Made by a program: the position numbers and the translations under genes. From assembly GCA_040954595.2 (NCBI GenBank), contig CM082583.2, positions 1,994,925 through 2,058,924 of the forward strand: a DNA stretch of 64,000 bases, given 5' to 3'. Below are positions 37,378-49,168 of the stretch, in pieces. Position 1 is the first letter of the stretch. Each line of letters starts with the position of its first letter. The stretch is from Balanoglossus misakiensis (taxonomy: Eukaryota > Animalia > Hemichordata). Below the pieces are notes generated by a model, which saw only the letters and a program-made list of their open reading frames with translations, ran no database searches and had not been told where the DNA came from.

Positions 37378-40300
37378 ACCCCGGTGCGGGGTATAAAAGA
37401 CCCCCAAAATCAGTGGCGAATCTTAATGCCGTTTGACTGACAACAGACAACACCAACGATCTCGGCTCTATGAAAATCGGCCCAAACAGGTTCAAAAATA
37501 AAGAATTACACCACACAACGACAGTAGTTGGCTTTATAAACACACACAACATAAAGTTATCGACGAAAAAGTACACGAGCTTTTGGGAGAAATCTGGTTT
37601 CAGTGCTTTTCAGAAGCGTCCCTGGGAAACAATAACCACGCCATTCAAACAGTTGTCAATCGCGTGGAAGTGTAAAGTGTTCAATTATTTTCTGTGTACA
37701 TGAGAGCAATTACACCACAGGGGACTGCAAATATGAAAGTTATAAATGGCGAAGTACGTTCTGTTCTGCGTTTTCCCAACCTGTCTTATCATTTGCTAAT
37801 CCAGAATAAAAGCTATCTATTTCCCATTAATCACCTGCTAACGACTTAATCTGTGTGCCCCATCCACGGATTAAGTTGATAAAGTAAACATCGGCCAGCG
37901 AGTACTGGGTATAACCATGGAGGTACTAGAGAGAAGGAGCGAGGACGGATTTAAGCGGATTAAATCCCTTTCTTCTGAAGTGTGATAAGCTTCTTAAGTC
38001 TTTGTGTTTCTGTGTCGATAGCGTCCTTTGAACCCACCGTGCGTTGCCGCCGATTTTACAGTTAGGTTTGCAAGACCTACGGGGTAATATTTCTATGATA
38101 TTAAAAACACTATGCGCACATCGCGGACGAGCGTACTACATATGCGTGGTGACTTTTATTTACATCTAGAGGTCAAGTTTACGCATCACCACTACCGGAA
38201 ACGTGTCAGGCGGACGTCTTGGAAGACTTGTGGCGTTATTTCTCTTGTTTGTACAACCAAAAAGTATGATTTTGAAATGAATATTTTGAGTTTGTAGCAA
38301 TTTTCAGCAAAAAACAACAAGTTCATAGGTTTTATTCCCGATGCAAGCTGTTTTGTTAGTGTGGGATGGTGTGGGATGCCCGATATTCACCATTGTAATT
38401 GCCAGCGCGGAGACGTTCGGCACAGCAGTTTGGTCCGGTTGTTTATGCTTAGAGACGCGACGCCAGCTATGAGTTGTTTATCTACGCAAGCGCACAGCTT
38501 GAATAAACGCCTATCAGGTGATAAAATGTTGAGAGCCTAATGTTATCTGCAAACAGATTAAGACGCACATGGGGTTCATAGGAAACAATAGCGTCCTCGC
38601 TCCTTCTCTCTAGTACCTCCATGGTATAACAAGAGGAAGGGAGGAAACTCGCTCAAGGCATGTCTGCAGTTTTCTTATGCTTAAAAATGTGAGCAGCTCG
38701 CTTTGGACGCGTGGAAATTGCTTCGTTGTCTCAAAAAACGTGACTGGACGTTCACTCGGCGATGTCCAGAGGTCGCCCGTAAAGCCGGAAACCACTTTTG
38801 ACCTTTGACTGTTTATTTCAAGACCACGTGAGCTTCAGAGGTAAACAAATTACCCAAGATACTTTGAGGTTACAGTCGGGTCAAGATTCAAACGCATAGG
38901 TTCACGCATAAGTCTATGGTTCACGTTCGTTCATACGTCCCTGTATGCGGTCACTTGGACCAGTTCTCCGGTCATTTTGCATCAGTTGCACAAACACAGC
39001 TAGATTCAAATAGAATGCATATTCTCGTAAAGTTTTTGGCTCCTTATCAGTAGAATCATGAATATACGGACTTTCATTCAAAGAAAAAAGCTACGAAGTC
39101 GACCCCACCTCGGCCGGGAAGTCGGGACTTATTAGCCCACAGTGCACGCCTTTTCTATGACAAGTCCAAATGACCGACTTAACGGTCTAAAGCAACCCTC
39201 CCGATCTACGGGAAAGGCGCGTAAATGTTTGTGCCAATTTCGAAATCTGATACATGAACTTGTTCATGATGACTCGACAAGTACTAGAACAGCAATTTTG
39301 GTGGAATAGCTCAAAAATATTGACGACAGGCCGACTTTTAAAGTGCAACTCTTGCGTAGCTACCGTAAAATGCGTAGTATGAAGGAAATGAACAATTGTA
39401 TGCACCTCTTGTTTTCGGGCGATTCCGCTCAAGTTCAACCCGTACGACGTCGAAACTTCTACCAATTACTAATGAGTATACCCATCAAATACTGCGACTC
39501 TTGAATATCGCGTGGATATCGCGACTATCACTATATCGCGAATTTTCCGCGAAGTGGCCAGGTAATGGTACCGACCGGATACTGGTCTAGGGGGTGTACA
39601 CGTTCACGATCGTGTAACGTCGACTTTTATCCACCTTTCTCGTATTGATTGTACCCACCGATATTCTCATGGAACGTCAACCATATTTCTTTTATTTCAT
39701 ATATGTACAACTACCAGTACATGCACTTGTAATTTCGTTTTACAAGAAAGTTACAGCGACGGACGGGCGAATCAGTAAAAAATGTAATTCGACCTGTTTT
39801 ACCTCTTACAAGTGGCTATACGGGCCAGTTCATGTGATAACTATATAAATATCGTAAAATCTGAATGTGCCGCCGAACATTAACAGACGCCGCGCCAGGC
39901 AACGCGTTCGTAATTCTTCCTGTCCTTCTTCTGTGCATTAAACTTATACATATTCATGTGTTTAGCTCCCTGTTGATCTATGAATATATGAATATTAAGT
40001 GGTTTCCAGCTTTACGGGCAACCTCTGGACATGCCTTGAGCGAGTTTCCTCACTTTCTCTTCTTTTACCGAGTGAGAACTGACCGATGTTTACTTAATCC
40101 ACTAAATCCGTGGATGGGGCACACAGATTAAGTCGTTAGCAGGTGCTTAATGGGAAATGCTATAGCTTGTATTCTGGATTAGCAACTAATAAGGCAGGAG
40201 GGAGTAACACAGGAAAAATAACAAGCACAGAGACTGTTCAGCAAGTACTGTTTATTGGGGGGAAATGCAGGAACTCCGCCATTTATAACTTTCATGTTTG

Positions 40301-40391
40301 CAGCCCCCTATGATTGCACGACGACCACTCCCAAATAAACAACTATACAAACACACGTTAATCCGAACCCCGGTACTTTCCGCACCGGGGT
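37378..40391. mobile_element. Non-autonomous element of about 3 kb with long interrupted TIRs, flanked by TTAA (intron 4)
   Basis: TTAA|ACCCCGGTGCGG ... CCGCACCGGGGT|TTAA; further inverted blocks at 37718-37898 vs 40080-40310. Confidence 0.75.
37915..38624. mobile_element. Nested MITE with 33-bp perfect TIR and TATAA direct flanks
   Basis: TATAA|CCATGGAGGTACTAGAGAGAAGGAGCGAGGACG ... CGTCCTCGCTCCTTCTCTCTAGTACCTCCATGG|TATAA. Confidence 0.85.
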
Positions 40392-40550
40392 TTAAGCTTG
40401 TTCACTCTCACTCCGGCAAGTCCACTTGTGGTGTCCGGAATGTGGGGACACGGAGTAAATTAAGCAAGGTGCCGTGCCTAGTGAAGGTCGTGCATGTCAG
40501 TAGCATTATTACTGTGGTTAAAATTAGGGGGGAATCCCACTTCTGTTTAA

Positions 40551-40847
40551 AGCACGTAGCTCGTCTCACGCGCATGCGCGTAAATTCCCAGCAAATGTTC
40601 CGTTCGATGCATTCAAATAGTGGACTGCCTTCGCTTCCTTCCATATTTCATGCGCACCGTATAAGTACACTCTGGGTTTGTCACTCCTTTTCACCCAAGC
40701 TAGTGTCTTTTCCCGATTTCCGACACATGGTCGCCGCCATCTTCTCTGTTGTTAGGACAGAGCACTGCCTTATGGGATTGACTGTTCACTAAACGTCTGT
40801 AACCAGCGGCTACAGTTGGAACATGCGTGTGAGACGAGCTACGCGCT
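40551..40847. mobile_element. Kolobok-like MITE (TTAA TSD, AG..CT termini)
   Basis: TTAA|AGCACGTAGCTCGTCTCACGCGCATG ... CATGCGTGTGAGACGAGCTACGCGCT|TTAA. Confidence 0.8.
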
Positions 40848-41056
40848 TTAAATAATCACGCAATAGAAGACTCGTGCGTGGTCATGTTGGGGTAAAATGA
40901 TCAATGCTGTTGGAGTCAGGTTATTTCATTGCTTTCCAAGCCCAATGATTACAGAACTAATAAATTTCCCCATGAGATCAAAGATTAAAGGTCTTAACCT
41001 ATTGTGTTCATTCATATCCCATAGCTATAGTTTGCATAATATTTCATTTATGACAG

Positions 41057-41971
41057 TATACCTGGCGACTGTGATAATAACCTGATTATTGAAGCAGATA
41101 CACATAGGCTGCATTCACAAACACCTCTGGAGGGGGGGGGCAGGAGAATTGAGGGGGGGGGGTTGAAAAAATTGAGGGTATGTAAGGGGGGATTTGAAAT
41201 AATTTAGGGACTGAAAGGGGGGGACTTGAAAACTTTGACGACTAAATATTTATTTTGAGTCCGCAAAAATGCACTTTCGCGCCCTTTATTTTACAAAATT
41301 TTCTAATGGGGGAGGGGGTGTCCCCCCACCCCCTCCATTAATCAACATCTTTCAATCATTGATTGGTTTATCTAGTGTCCCAGGTCAGGGGACTTGACCC
41401 CACCGCATGATAACTTTGAGCGGCAACGGTTAAATTTGTCCTCCCGAACATACCGGTAGTTGAGTTATTTTGCTTTTGCCAGGTTCATTAAAATGCAGCT
41501 TTGAGCTCTGTATTTTATAAAATTTTCTTACGTGAAATCCCCCCCCCATTTTCTTTCACAGAGCAAAACACATCACCTAGTATCTATCTTGTAAAAAAAG
41601 AAAAACAGCGCTCCCATTTTTTAAGTATTTGTATTCTGTGTTGGGAGATCATCCCCTTCAATTCTCGGTTTACAATGTCTCCCAACACAGAATACAAATA
41701 CTTAAAAAATGGGAGCGCTGTTTTTCTTTTTTTACAAGATAGATACTAGGTGATGTGTTTTGCTCTGTGAAAGAAAAATGGGGGGGGGGGATTTCAAAAT
41801 TTTGGCAGTTCGGAAAGGGGAGATTTGAAATTTGTCGGGTTGTGTACGGGGGGCATGTGAAAATTAGCGGCAAAAAATTGAATTCTCCCGCCCCCCCCCC
41901 CTCCAGAGGTGTTTGTGAATGCAGCCTTACCAGTGGACATAAATCGGGACAAGGGACAAAGAAGCCCAGAG
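41057..41971 (+). CDS. VWA7: VWA7-like exon 5, split by a MITE (coding parts 41057-41103 and 41927-41971)
   Basis: Removing the MITE and one TSD restores SIPGDCDNNLIIEADTLTSGHKSGQGTKKPRG with compatible phases. Confidence 0.85.
41107..41926. mobile_element. PIF/Harbinger-type MITE inside a coding exon
   Basis: Same TIRs as 16117-16925, opposite orientation; flanks ATA and TTA. Confidence 0.92.
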
Positions 41972-42432
41972 GTATTGTTAAAAGATCAAATATCTACTTC
42001 GTCGTGATTTTGTGTTCTATTGGTTGCAAGAATTAAAATATCGTCGGGCAAACGTTCCAACTAATGTTTAAGGCTCGGGTGTTTTATGTAGCTACTGCAG
42101 TTTCATGTTCACATCCCTGAAACATGATGAAATGCCCAGCATTTTGCTTATTAACACAATGTGTACAGTCAGCATTGTTATTGTGCAACATTTGAATTCA
42201 AGTCCAGACTACAATTCATTTGTCAACAATAACAATGGCCGTTAGATTCATGATGCAGGACATATTGATAAGCTAGCGGAGTACTTGGTATATTTAGCAT
42301 GCTGTATGGAGTAGAACAAGAAATTGCATTTAGTACACAGAACAAAAATACTGAAATTACAGCCAAAAGATACAGCCTATGTCCCTTTAATGTGAGTGCC
42401 AATGTCAAATAGTGTTATATAAACACAAACAG

Positions 42433-42612
42433 GCAAAGACGGTCTGGGAAAGTGCTCGCATGGGGGTGTATATGACAGTACGAAGAGGGACACGGCAACG
42501 GGCGGGATCAACAAAGAATCACGTGACCTGTCTCTATCTCCACACAACTCGTTACATCAGGATGCAGCAACATCGGCCAAATTTGCCTCCGAAAATTTCT
42601 TCCTGGCTGACG
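42433..42612 (+). CDS. VWA7: VWA7-like exon 6
   Basis: cag|...|gtgaga; GKCSHGGVYDSTKRDTATGGINKESRDLSLSPHNSLHQDAA. Confidence 0.9.
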
Positions 42613-43008
42613 GTGAGAATATGTTTTATTTACGTTTATAGCAACGGAAAGGGAATCAAAATGTGAAGAGTAATTTCATGGCTTCATAAACATGCACGTC
42701 TAAGCATAGTATTGACATAAAGCTAAGCATTTTGCGTAACATATATATAACAAGCGCCCATCTATTTTTACCTATGTTCGTTTACTTTTTGCTGACACAT
42801 TTCTGGTAAAAACGTTAGAAAACAAGGAAAATGCAATGTTTCTTTCATGATTCTGGCATATAACCTGAGTGGTGGGCAGGTAGTCACATATAAATAAGAT
42901 ATCCTACAACTTCGCTTGTTTTCTAACATTTTTGCCACGCATGACCCAATAAAAAGTAAATGAGTGTACAGACGAAAATAGATGAAATATGTATACATGT
43001 ACATATAG

Positions 43009-43231
43009 GGTATGGGCTTCGTTACCATATCAGCGACGAGGCCTTTCTTGAACTTATCAACCTCCGACAAGACAGGTCCAAGTCCCTCAGCATCGCCATG
43101 GACGTCACCGGAAGCATGTCTGACGATATACAGGCGGCCAAAGAGGAATGCTACCGATTGATTGATTGATGAGCGAGTGGGCACAGTTAATGAACCGGCC
43201 AATTATGTACTGGTGCCATTCAGCGACCAAG
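43009..43231 (+). CDS. VWA7: VWA7-like exon 7 (VWA start; 4-bp frameshift)
   Basis: LSIAMDVTGSMSDDIQAAK...RLID[TGAT]ERVGTVNEPANYVLVPFSDQ|gttagt. Confidence 0.9.
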
Positions 43232-44227
43232 GTTAGTCTTGTCTGACGGCTTTATGCACACCAAGAGGGTGGCTTACATTGAGCGGCTTCGCCCGTAATG
43301 TTTGTTGCTTTTCTGATGAAATGTAGTTGATAAGTTGGTTAGTTTCTAGTCTGCAGACATGACTCACTGTATCCTTGTCTATGGCAGCCACTTCGTAACC
43401 TAAAACTATCTTGTACATTATTACCGAAATCAGGCGGTATTAAGCATATAATTGACGCATGTTGCATAATATGCAGAATATTGTAGGCTAATCATATAAA
43501 TGTTACCAATATAGTGTTTTTACCTCTATTTTCTTCAACCTTACGCCAGACTACGGCCCGGTGTATGTCACTACAGATGCTGAAACTTTCAAAGCCGCGA
43601 TAAGTAATTTAAATGCAAACGGGGGCGGTGATTGTCCCGAACTGGCGATGTCTGGGACGGAACTTGCCGTACAGCACAGGTACGTATGTAAAACAAAACC
43701 GAAACAGTTGTGAGATGCATTTAGCTTGAGGTTAGTCTTGTCTGACGGCTTTATGCACACCAAGAGGGTGGCTTACATTGAGCGGCTTCGCCCGTAATGT
43801 TTGTTGCTTTTCTGATGAAATGTAGTTGATAAGTTGGTTAGTTTCTAGTCTGCAGACATGACTCACTGTATCCTTGTCTATGGCAGCCACTTCGTAACCT
43901 AAAACTATCTTGTACATTATTACCGAAATCAGGCGGTATTAAGCATATAATTGACGCATGTTGCATAATATGCAGAATATTGTAGGCTAATCATATAAAT
44001 GTTACCAATATAGTGTTTTTACCTCTATTTTCTTCAACCTTACGCCAGACTACGGCCCGGTGTATGTCACTACAGATGCTGAAACTTTCAAAGCCGCGAT
44101 AAGAAATTTAAATGCAAACGGGGGCGGTGATTGTCCCGAACTGGCGATGTCTGGGACGGAACTTGCCGTACAGCACAGGTACGTATGTAAAACAAAACCG
44201 AAACAGTTGTGAGATGCATTTAGCTTG
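43230..44227 (+). repeat. 499-bp tandem duplication containing exon 8
   Basis: 43230-43728 and 43729-44227 are essentially identical; AG microhomology at the junction. Confidence 0.95.
43550..43679 (+). CDS. VWA7: VWA7-like exon 8 (duplicate at 44049-44178)
   Basis: DYGPVYVTTDAETFKAAISNLNANGGGDCPELAMSGTELAVQH; cag|...|gtacgt. Confidence 0.9.
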
Positions 44228-44550
44228 AGAGTTATTGAAAATGAAATTCATACAGATCATCAGCTTCTTTGATTATAGTTGCAAGTACATTAAACTTGTG
44301 GTCATTATTTTCCCACAGTCTACCTTATGATATGGCGAGGAAGTGTGACAAGTTTTGTTGCACAGATGCTTAGCGGAATTTATCTTCAATGTATGAGTTC
44401 GGCCGCGACAAACGGACACCATCATTCCGTACGTTTGTTCGTGTATACACAGTCATGCAGAGTCGATTTCCAGGGAATAGTTGACGGAAATCAACTGTTG
44501 CCTGGCCAGGAAAAAGTATCCGAAACCTGCTAACAGCACAATTCTTTTAG

Positions 44551-44726
44551 TCTGCCAGGTTCAGATCTGTTCGTGTTTACCGATGCAAGTGCCAAAGACA
44601 CCAACAAAACGGAATACGTTCGTGATTTCGCCCTGGAACGAAATGTGCGGGTTACTTATCGGCTGACCGGGACTTGCGGGTATGCTCGCCGATCAGTTGG
44701 GTCAATGGCTCGTGGTCAGTCTCAAG
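44551..44726 (+). CDS. VWA7: VWA7-like exon 9
   Basis: LPGSDLFVFTDASAKD...LTGTC; tag|...|gtaggg. Confidence 0.9.
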
Positions 44727-45016
44727 GTAGGGTGTTATTGCTCCACGGAATTCAGTATAAAAGCGTGCGTGCATGGTTTCATAACAAAGAAAAAATGTAT
44801 TCCTTCTGGGGCAATTCAAATAAGTAAAGTGTATTCACCTGAAGATGCAATCGCGGATCCAACCAAAGTTTGAAAAACATTTTAAGGTGGCAATGTTAGT
44901 GTCAGTGGATGGGAATGGTTGATGGCAACTCCCTGACAGAGTAAAATGCCTTGGTCATTTGATCTAAAAACCACCATGATAATCGTTCTGATCTGCTTCA
45001 ATGCTCTTCCATTCAG

Positions 45017-45319
45017 CAGATCACGTTCCCAGTCGGAGAGAGCACTCTCGAAGGAAGCGCAGTTTAGACGCTTATCGGTCAATTTCCGAGGCGACCGGTG
45101 GAGTGGTTCTTGAAGTGACCAAATAGGAGTTGAAAGGAGCAACGGAGATCATCAACCTCAGCTTTGAAGGAGCCGAAGTCTACATTCTCATCGTCGATTT
45201 GACTGGAAGTGTCACAGTCACATTTCCGGTGGACAACACTGTTTCCCGGGTAGAGATCGCCGTCTCTGCATCGGACGCAACTCTCAGCAAGATAGACTAC
45301 GCCCTCACGGATCCAAATG
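45017..45319 (+). CDS. VWA7: VWA7-like exon 10 (RRKR site; premature TAG at 45124)
   Basis: HSRRKRSLDAYRSISEATGGVVLEVTK*ELKG...FPVDNTV...LTDPN; the expected phase-1 donor reads TT. Confidence 0.82.
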
Positions 45320-45549
45320 TTAAATACTACTAGTATTCTGGTTTGTCAACTCCTGTTCATTGGCTTCAAAACTTCATTCGTTGACTGTTTCAGATTGTAA
45401 TAAGGCAAAAAGTGAGTATCTGACCAAGCAATGACATTTGTAGAAATCTATTTGTAGAAATCTATAGATTTTAGACTTGGGGTAGACTATATGTTTTAGG
45501 CTAAGTCATGCAATTACTGACAGAAAATGAATCATCTTTTGTTCGGTAG

Positions 45550-45768
45550 GTCGCGTACGGAATGATTCCACAGAAGTTGTGAATAACGGGGAGGAACTTG
45601 TCTTGGTGATAAACGCCATCGACGTCGGAGAGTGGGGATTGACTTTGAACGACGACAAGCTATGGCACATTGTCGTCAACGCGAGAAGTCCCATCGACTT
45701 TTTATACACATTCTACAAAGAAGATTATGCTGGCCAGATGGTACCCCTTCACGGCTCACCAGCGATAG
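45550..45768 (+). CDS. VWA7: VWA7-like exon 11
   Basis: GEWGLTL...ARSPIDFLYTF...PAI|gtacgt. Confidence 0.85.
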
Positions 45769-46083
45769 GTACGTGGCTTACTCTTCCAGTTCAAAACTGC
45801 CAGCGGAGCGTAAGTCACAAAATCGGGATTTCCACCCTTCCTTCAAGATAGATGCTTACCACGTTGGCCCAAGTGAGTGTTACAAAGCACTAAAATATAA
45901 TTGGGTGCCGACAACCATCACTGATTTATATATGCTGTGCATTTTTGGTTTGATTTTTCCCCTCCATGGTAACCGTGGCTGGATTTGCATCGAATGACTT
46001 CTAAATATTGTCCAGTTCCATGTAAACTGGTGGAACACCTAGTGCCTAAAACTTAAGTATTCATTCTCCCCGATTTTCCACAG

Positions 46084-46241
46084 ACCAAGAAGTTTCAGTG
46101 GTCGTGTCCATCACGGGACAGGAGTATGTTTCGTCTGTACCACAACTGATCCTTACCACAAACGACGGTGTCGAGTTTGAGACCGCTATGGTCATGATTA
46201 GTGAAGGATCGTACCGTGCCCAAGTCCAAATACCCAGGGAG
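46084..46241 (+). CDS. VWA7: VWA7-like exon 12
   Basis: cag|..QEVSVVVSITG...GSYRAQVQIPRE|gtatga. Confidence 0.8.
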
Positions 46242-46500
46242 GTATGAACATGTGTGAAACATTTTGTTCAGGACAGACAATTAATGCTGTATACCGATCA
46301 GCCACATTCGGCTTCAATAAGGTAGTCAGATTGTGTTTCCTCGACTGGTAAACATCGTATCATGAATGCATTACATCGAGTGCACATATGATTTAGAGTT
46401 GTTCCAATTTTTATAAGGTAGACCCTTTTTGGTAAACGTTAGTATGCAAAGAATGAATAAAACTCACTTGCATTTTTTATATGCATAATTTTTGTCACAG

Positions 46501-46619
46501 TTTTCCTGAAGGATTTTGGAATACAGCTGAGACGGTTGGACAGCGAAGGAGCACGATTCCAAAGAACCAAGTCCGTTGATGTCAAAGTTCAACCAGTAAG
46601 CTTGGAAATGGATAATGGG
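46501..46619 (+). CDS. VWA7: VWA7-like exon 13 (boundaries and phase uncertain)
   Basis: FLKDFGIQLRRLDSEGARFQRTKSVDVKVQPV after acceptor cacag; the phase does not fit its neighbours cleanly. Confidence 0.6.
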
Positions 46620-46809
46620 GTCACGCGAAAGTGTTTTATACAATACCCACATAACCTGGAACTACTTCTAATAGTAAAATGAAACATTGGAGAAAAATTT
46701 GAGAGGACAGCTGCTGCAAAGATGAAAAATGAAATCATACCAATGAGTATGACGTCATTCTGTTATAATGCGAATAAAAATTGTTGTCTGTTCCATTGGT
46801 TTCTCACAG

Positions 46810-47020
46810 ATTCCCTCGACCCAGGCGGCATCCCCCTTCAGATTAATTTCACAATACGTAACCATGGCTATGACGCAGGCCACTACTCGGTCACGGCCTA
46901 GGAATATTTGTTCCTCCAAGCATACTTTCCTGAAAGAGTTGAGATTCCAGCAAAATCCTCTTTTGCTGGTTATATGATAGCCGCCGTCTTGAACAACGAC
47001 ACAGAAAGTGGTACAATCAG
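46810..47020 (+). CDS. VWA7: VWA7-like exon 14 (premature TAG at 46899)
   Basis: SLDPGGIPLQINFTIRNHG...SVTA*EYL...ESGTI|gtacga; Ig-like beta-rich pattern. Confidence 0.78.
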
Positions 47021-47347
47021 GTACGACACAAAATCATATAGAATTCCATTTTGCAGAATGTAGCAATACTCCAGTGTTTATTTTTTTCTCTCCGAGGAAA
47101 CATTAGGATACAACACGTATGCATCTGCAGTGACAAGTGTTGTTTGAGAAAGAAATAAGCACGAACGTTAGGATTTCACCTTGTATACCCTTAATAGACT
47201 AGGCGTACTTTTGGAACCAGGTTAAGAATAGTTTAGAAATCACTGGTTGATCAATGTTTAGGCCACTGTCATGAATACCACAGACTGATGAATGTTTGTG
47301 TAGCTTGGAATTGTAATGTCTGATTGTTTGTGCGTTCTTGTCTCAAG

Positions 47348-47465
47348 TGCTGGGTCAGTGAAAGTCACCAGTGACGGAGGCGGAACGTCCAATGAATTGC
47401 ACTTTAAACTTATTGTCATGGAATATCTCGAATACTACAGAGGGATAGAGGATGACGTTCCGGCA
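47348..47465 (+). CDS. VWA7: VWA7-like exon 15
   Basis: aag|..AGSVKVTSDGGGTSNELHFKLIVM...DVPA|gtaagt. Confidence 0.78.
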
Positions 47466-47924
47466 GTAAGTAGTGGTTGCAAATACTAGTAATCATACTG
47501 TTTGTTGTTGTTTTTTTTGTGTGTTTTTTTTTGTTTTGTTTTTTTGGGGGGGGGGGCTTGCAACAAATGTACTATAAGCTTACTACGAAGACACGACAGT
47601 TCAAAAGGCTCATCAATAGAACCAAATTTTCTACATTTTTTTTGCAAATCCTGGATTTTGGGAAACCAGATCGATACTGCATTCATTGCCAGTAGTTTAT
47701 TTATGACTCATGTGACAGGAACTTCTTGTCACTGCCTGATACAAATTCAATGCAATTTTGCTAGTAGACGTTTACAATTTTGTTCGAAAGCTAGTTGATG
47801 TCGATCCTTTAGAGGCCCAAATGTGTTTATTAATATGTTGATTTTCACTTCAGTCGACTTCAAAAATTCTTATTTGGACAGACCCATATGATTAAGTTTG
47901 TGCTGTATCTATGTTACCACACAG

Positions 47925-48080
47925 GAAGAGGTTGACGATGAGGCTGGGACCGGGGGCGCACTACACTGGACCATTATGATTGCCGTTGCCGTTGGCACAG
48001 TGGTTGTATTGTTGACCGATGTTATAATTGCTGTTTGTTCAGTGAAACATGCTAATAAGAACAAAGTAGTCGCCATGTAA
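47925..48080 (+). CDS. VWA7: VWA7-like terminal exon 16 (TM helix and short tail)
   Basis: cag|EEVDDEAGTGGALHWTIMIAVAVGTVVVLLTDVIIAVCSVKHANKNKVVAM*; phase 0 matches exon 15. Confidence 0.8.
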   Translation, partial: EEVDDEAGTGGALHWTIMIAVAVGTVVVLLTDVIIAVCSVKHANKNKVVAM

Positions 48081-49168
48081 AATAGTGTGTATATTTCTTG
48101 CATGGGCGTGCAAATACCACCATTACATATTGGGAATTGAAGTGTTTTAGTATGTCTAACTTGTTCTTTCAAAATTATTGTACAGATTAATATGTAAATG
48201 TTGTGACTACATGTATATTTGGGAATTTTCAAAACAATTTTAATATTTAATTTCATTTAAATAACTTGCAGAAAGGTACGTTGGCCGTCTCTTTTCAAAT
48301 ATGTGAGATAAATGTCTACTTTTGTGTGCATATAGTACATCAGGTTTTGTAATAGTCTGGTTCACTGATGTGTTCTATTTATGCCAGGTCGGGTTTCATC
48401 ACGGTCCTCCGTCCAATTTCTCAACCATTTGCCGTGGTTTCATCTCCAACACTGTGCTACTGATTCAAGTGATTTTCTTATGAAATATTCGTTATAGAAA
48501 ATTACTTCCTATATGTTCATATGTTAACTGGTGAGATTTATGCGTCATGGGTTTAAGAAAAATTAAATGAAACTGTTTTTAATGTACTGATGAAAAGAAT
48601 AAATTTGAACCCTTGATTTTTGTATAGCACTACTTTTGGGGGACATCACGCCTGAAGGGCGATGCTCCGTCCAATGTAATGTATTTACGTATATCACTTT
48701 AGCTTATGAATTTTCATTTTATGACACATGGCAAAAATCGGCCGTCTTGAAATTGTGTCGACCACATCACTCCCCTAGGTAACAAAACCCTTTTTAGGGT
48801 AGGAAGAATTATTATACACCTACACTCCACAAATATGGTGTGGCGTCTGTCACATATGGTTTCCTATCTTCAAAGAGCATTTATTTTCTGGCTTATGCAT
48901 GCAAACTGCACTCATGCTACACATCTGGACCCATCGGCCAGATGGCATGCCTGATCGATTAGCAATACGGACGATAGACTGTCGACAGTCCCTCGCGCCT
49001 ATTAATGTGTATCTTTTTTTAGTTAATACATGACGGATAATTTTTGCAAACATTAACAGTGCAATGAGATAACAGCTATGGGGTTTTCAAAGGTCTAAAT
49101 TAATCGACGAGTTATCATTACTAGCTTTGTGAACCGCGTAGCGAGAACGGCGGATTCACTGGGAAAAT

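Larger units (their letters stand above)
34812..48080 (+). pseudogene. VWA7: VWA7-like (von Willebrand factor A domain-containing 7 family) multi-exon gene with C-terminal TM helix; multiple disabling lesions
   Basis: Mostly phase-compatible GT-AG exons encode a signal peptide, LHIVQDFYTNANWVE, KCSHGG...GGINK...SPH, VWA AMDVTGSM, YVLVPFSD, GGGDCPELAMSG and FVFTDASAKD. Lesions: MITE in exon 5, 4-bp duplication at about 43167, TAG at 45124 and 46899, suspect donors at about 35087 and 45320. Confidence 0.9.

Noticed and set aside
48598-48603. AATAAA as the VWA7-like poly(A) signal
   Set aside because: The position is plausible but the hexamer is common in AT-rich DNA; not supportable without transcripts.
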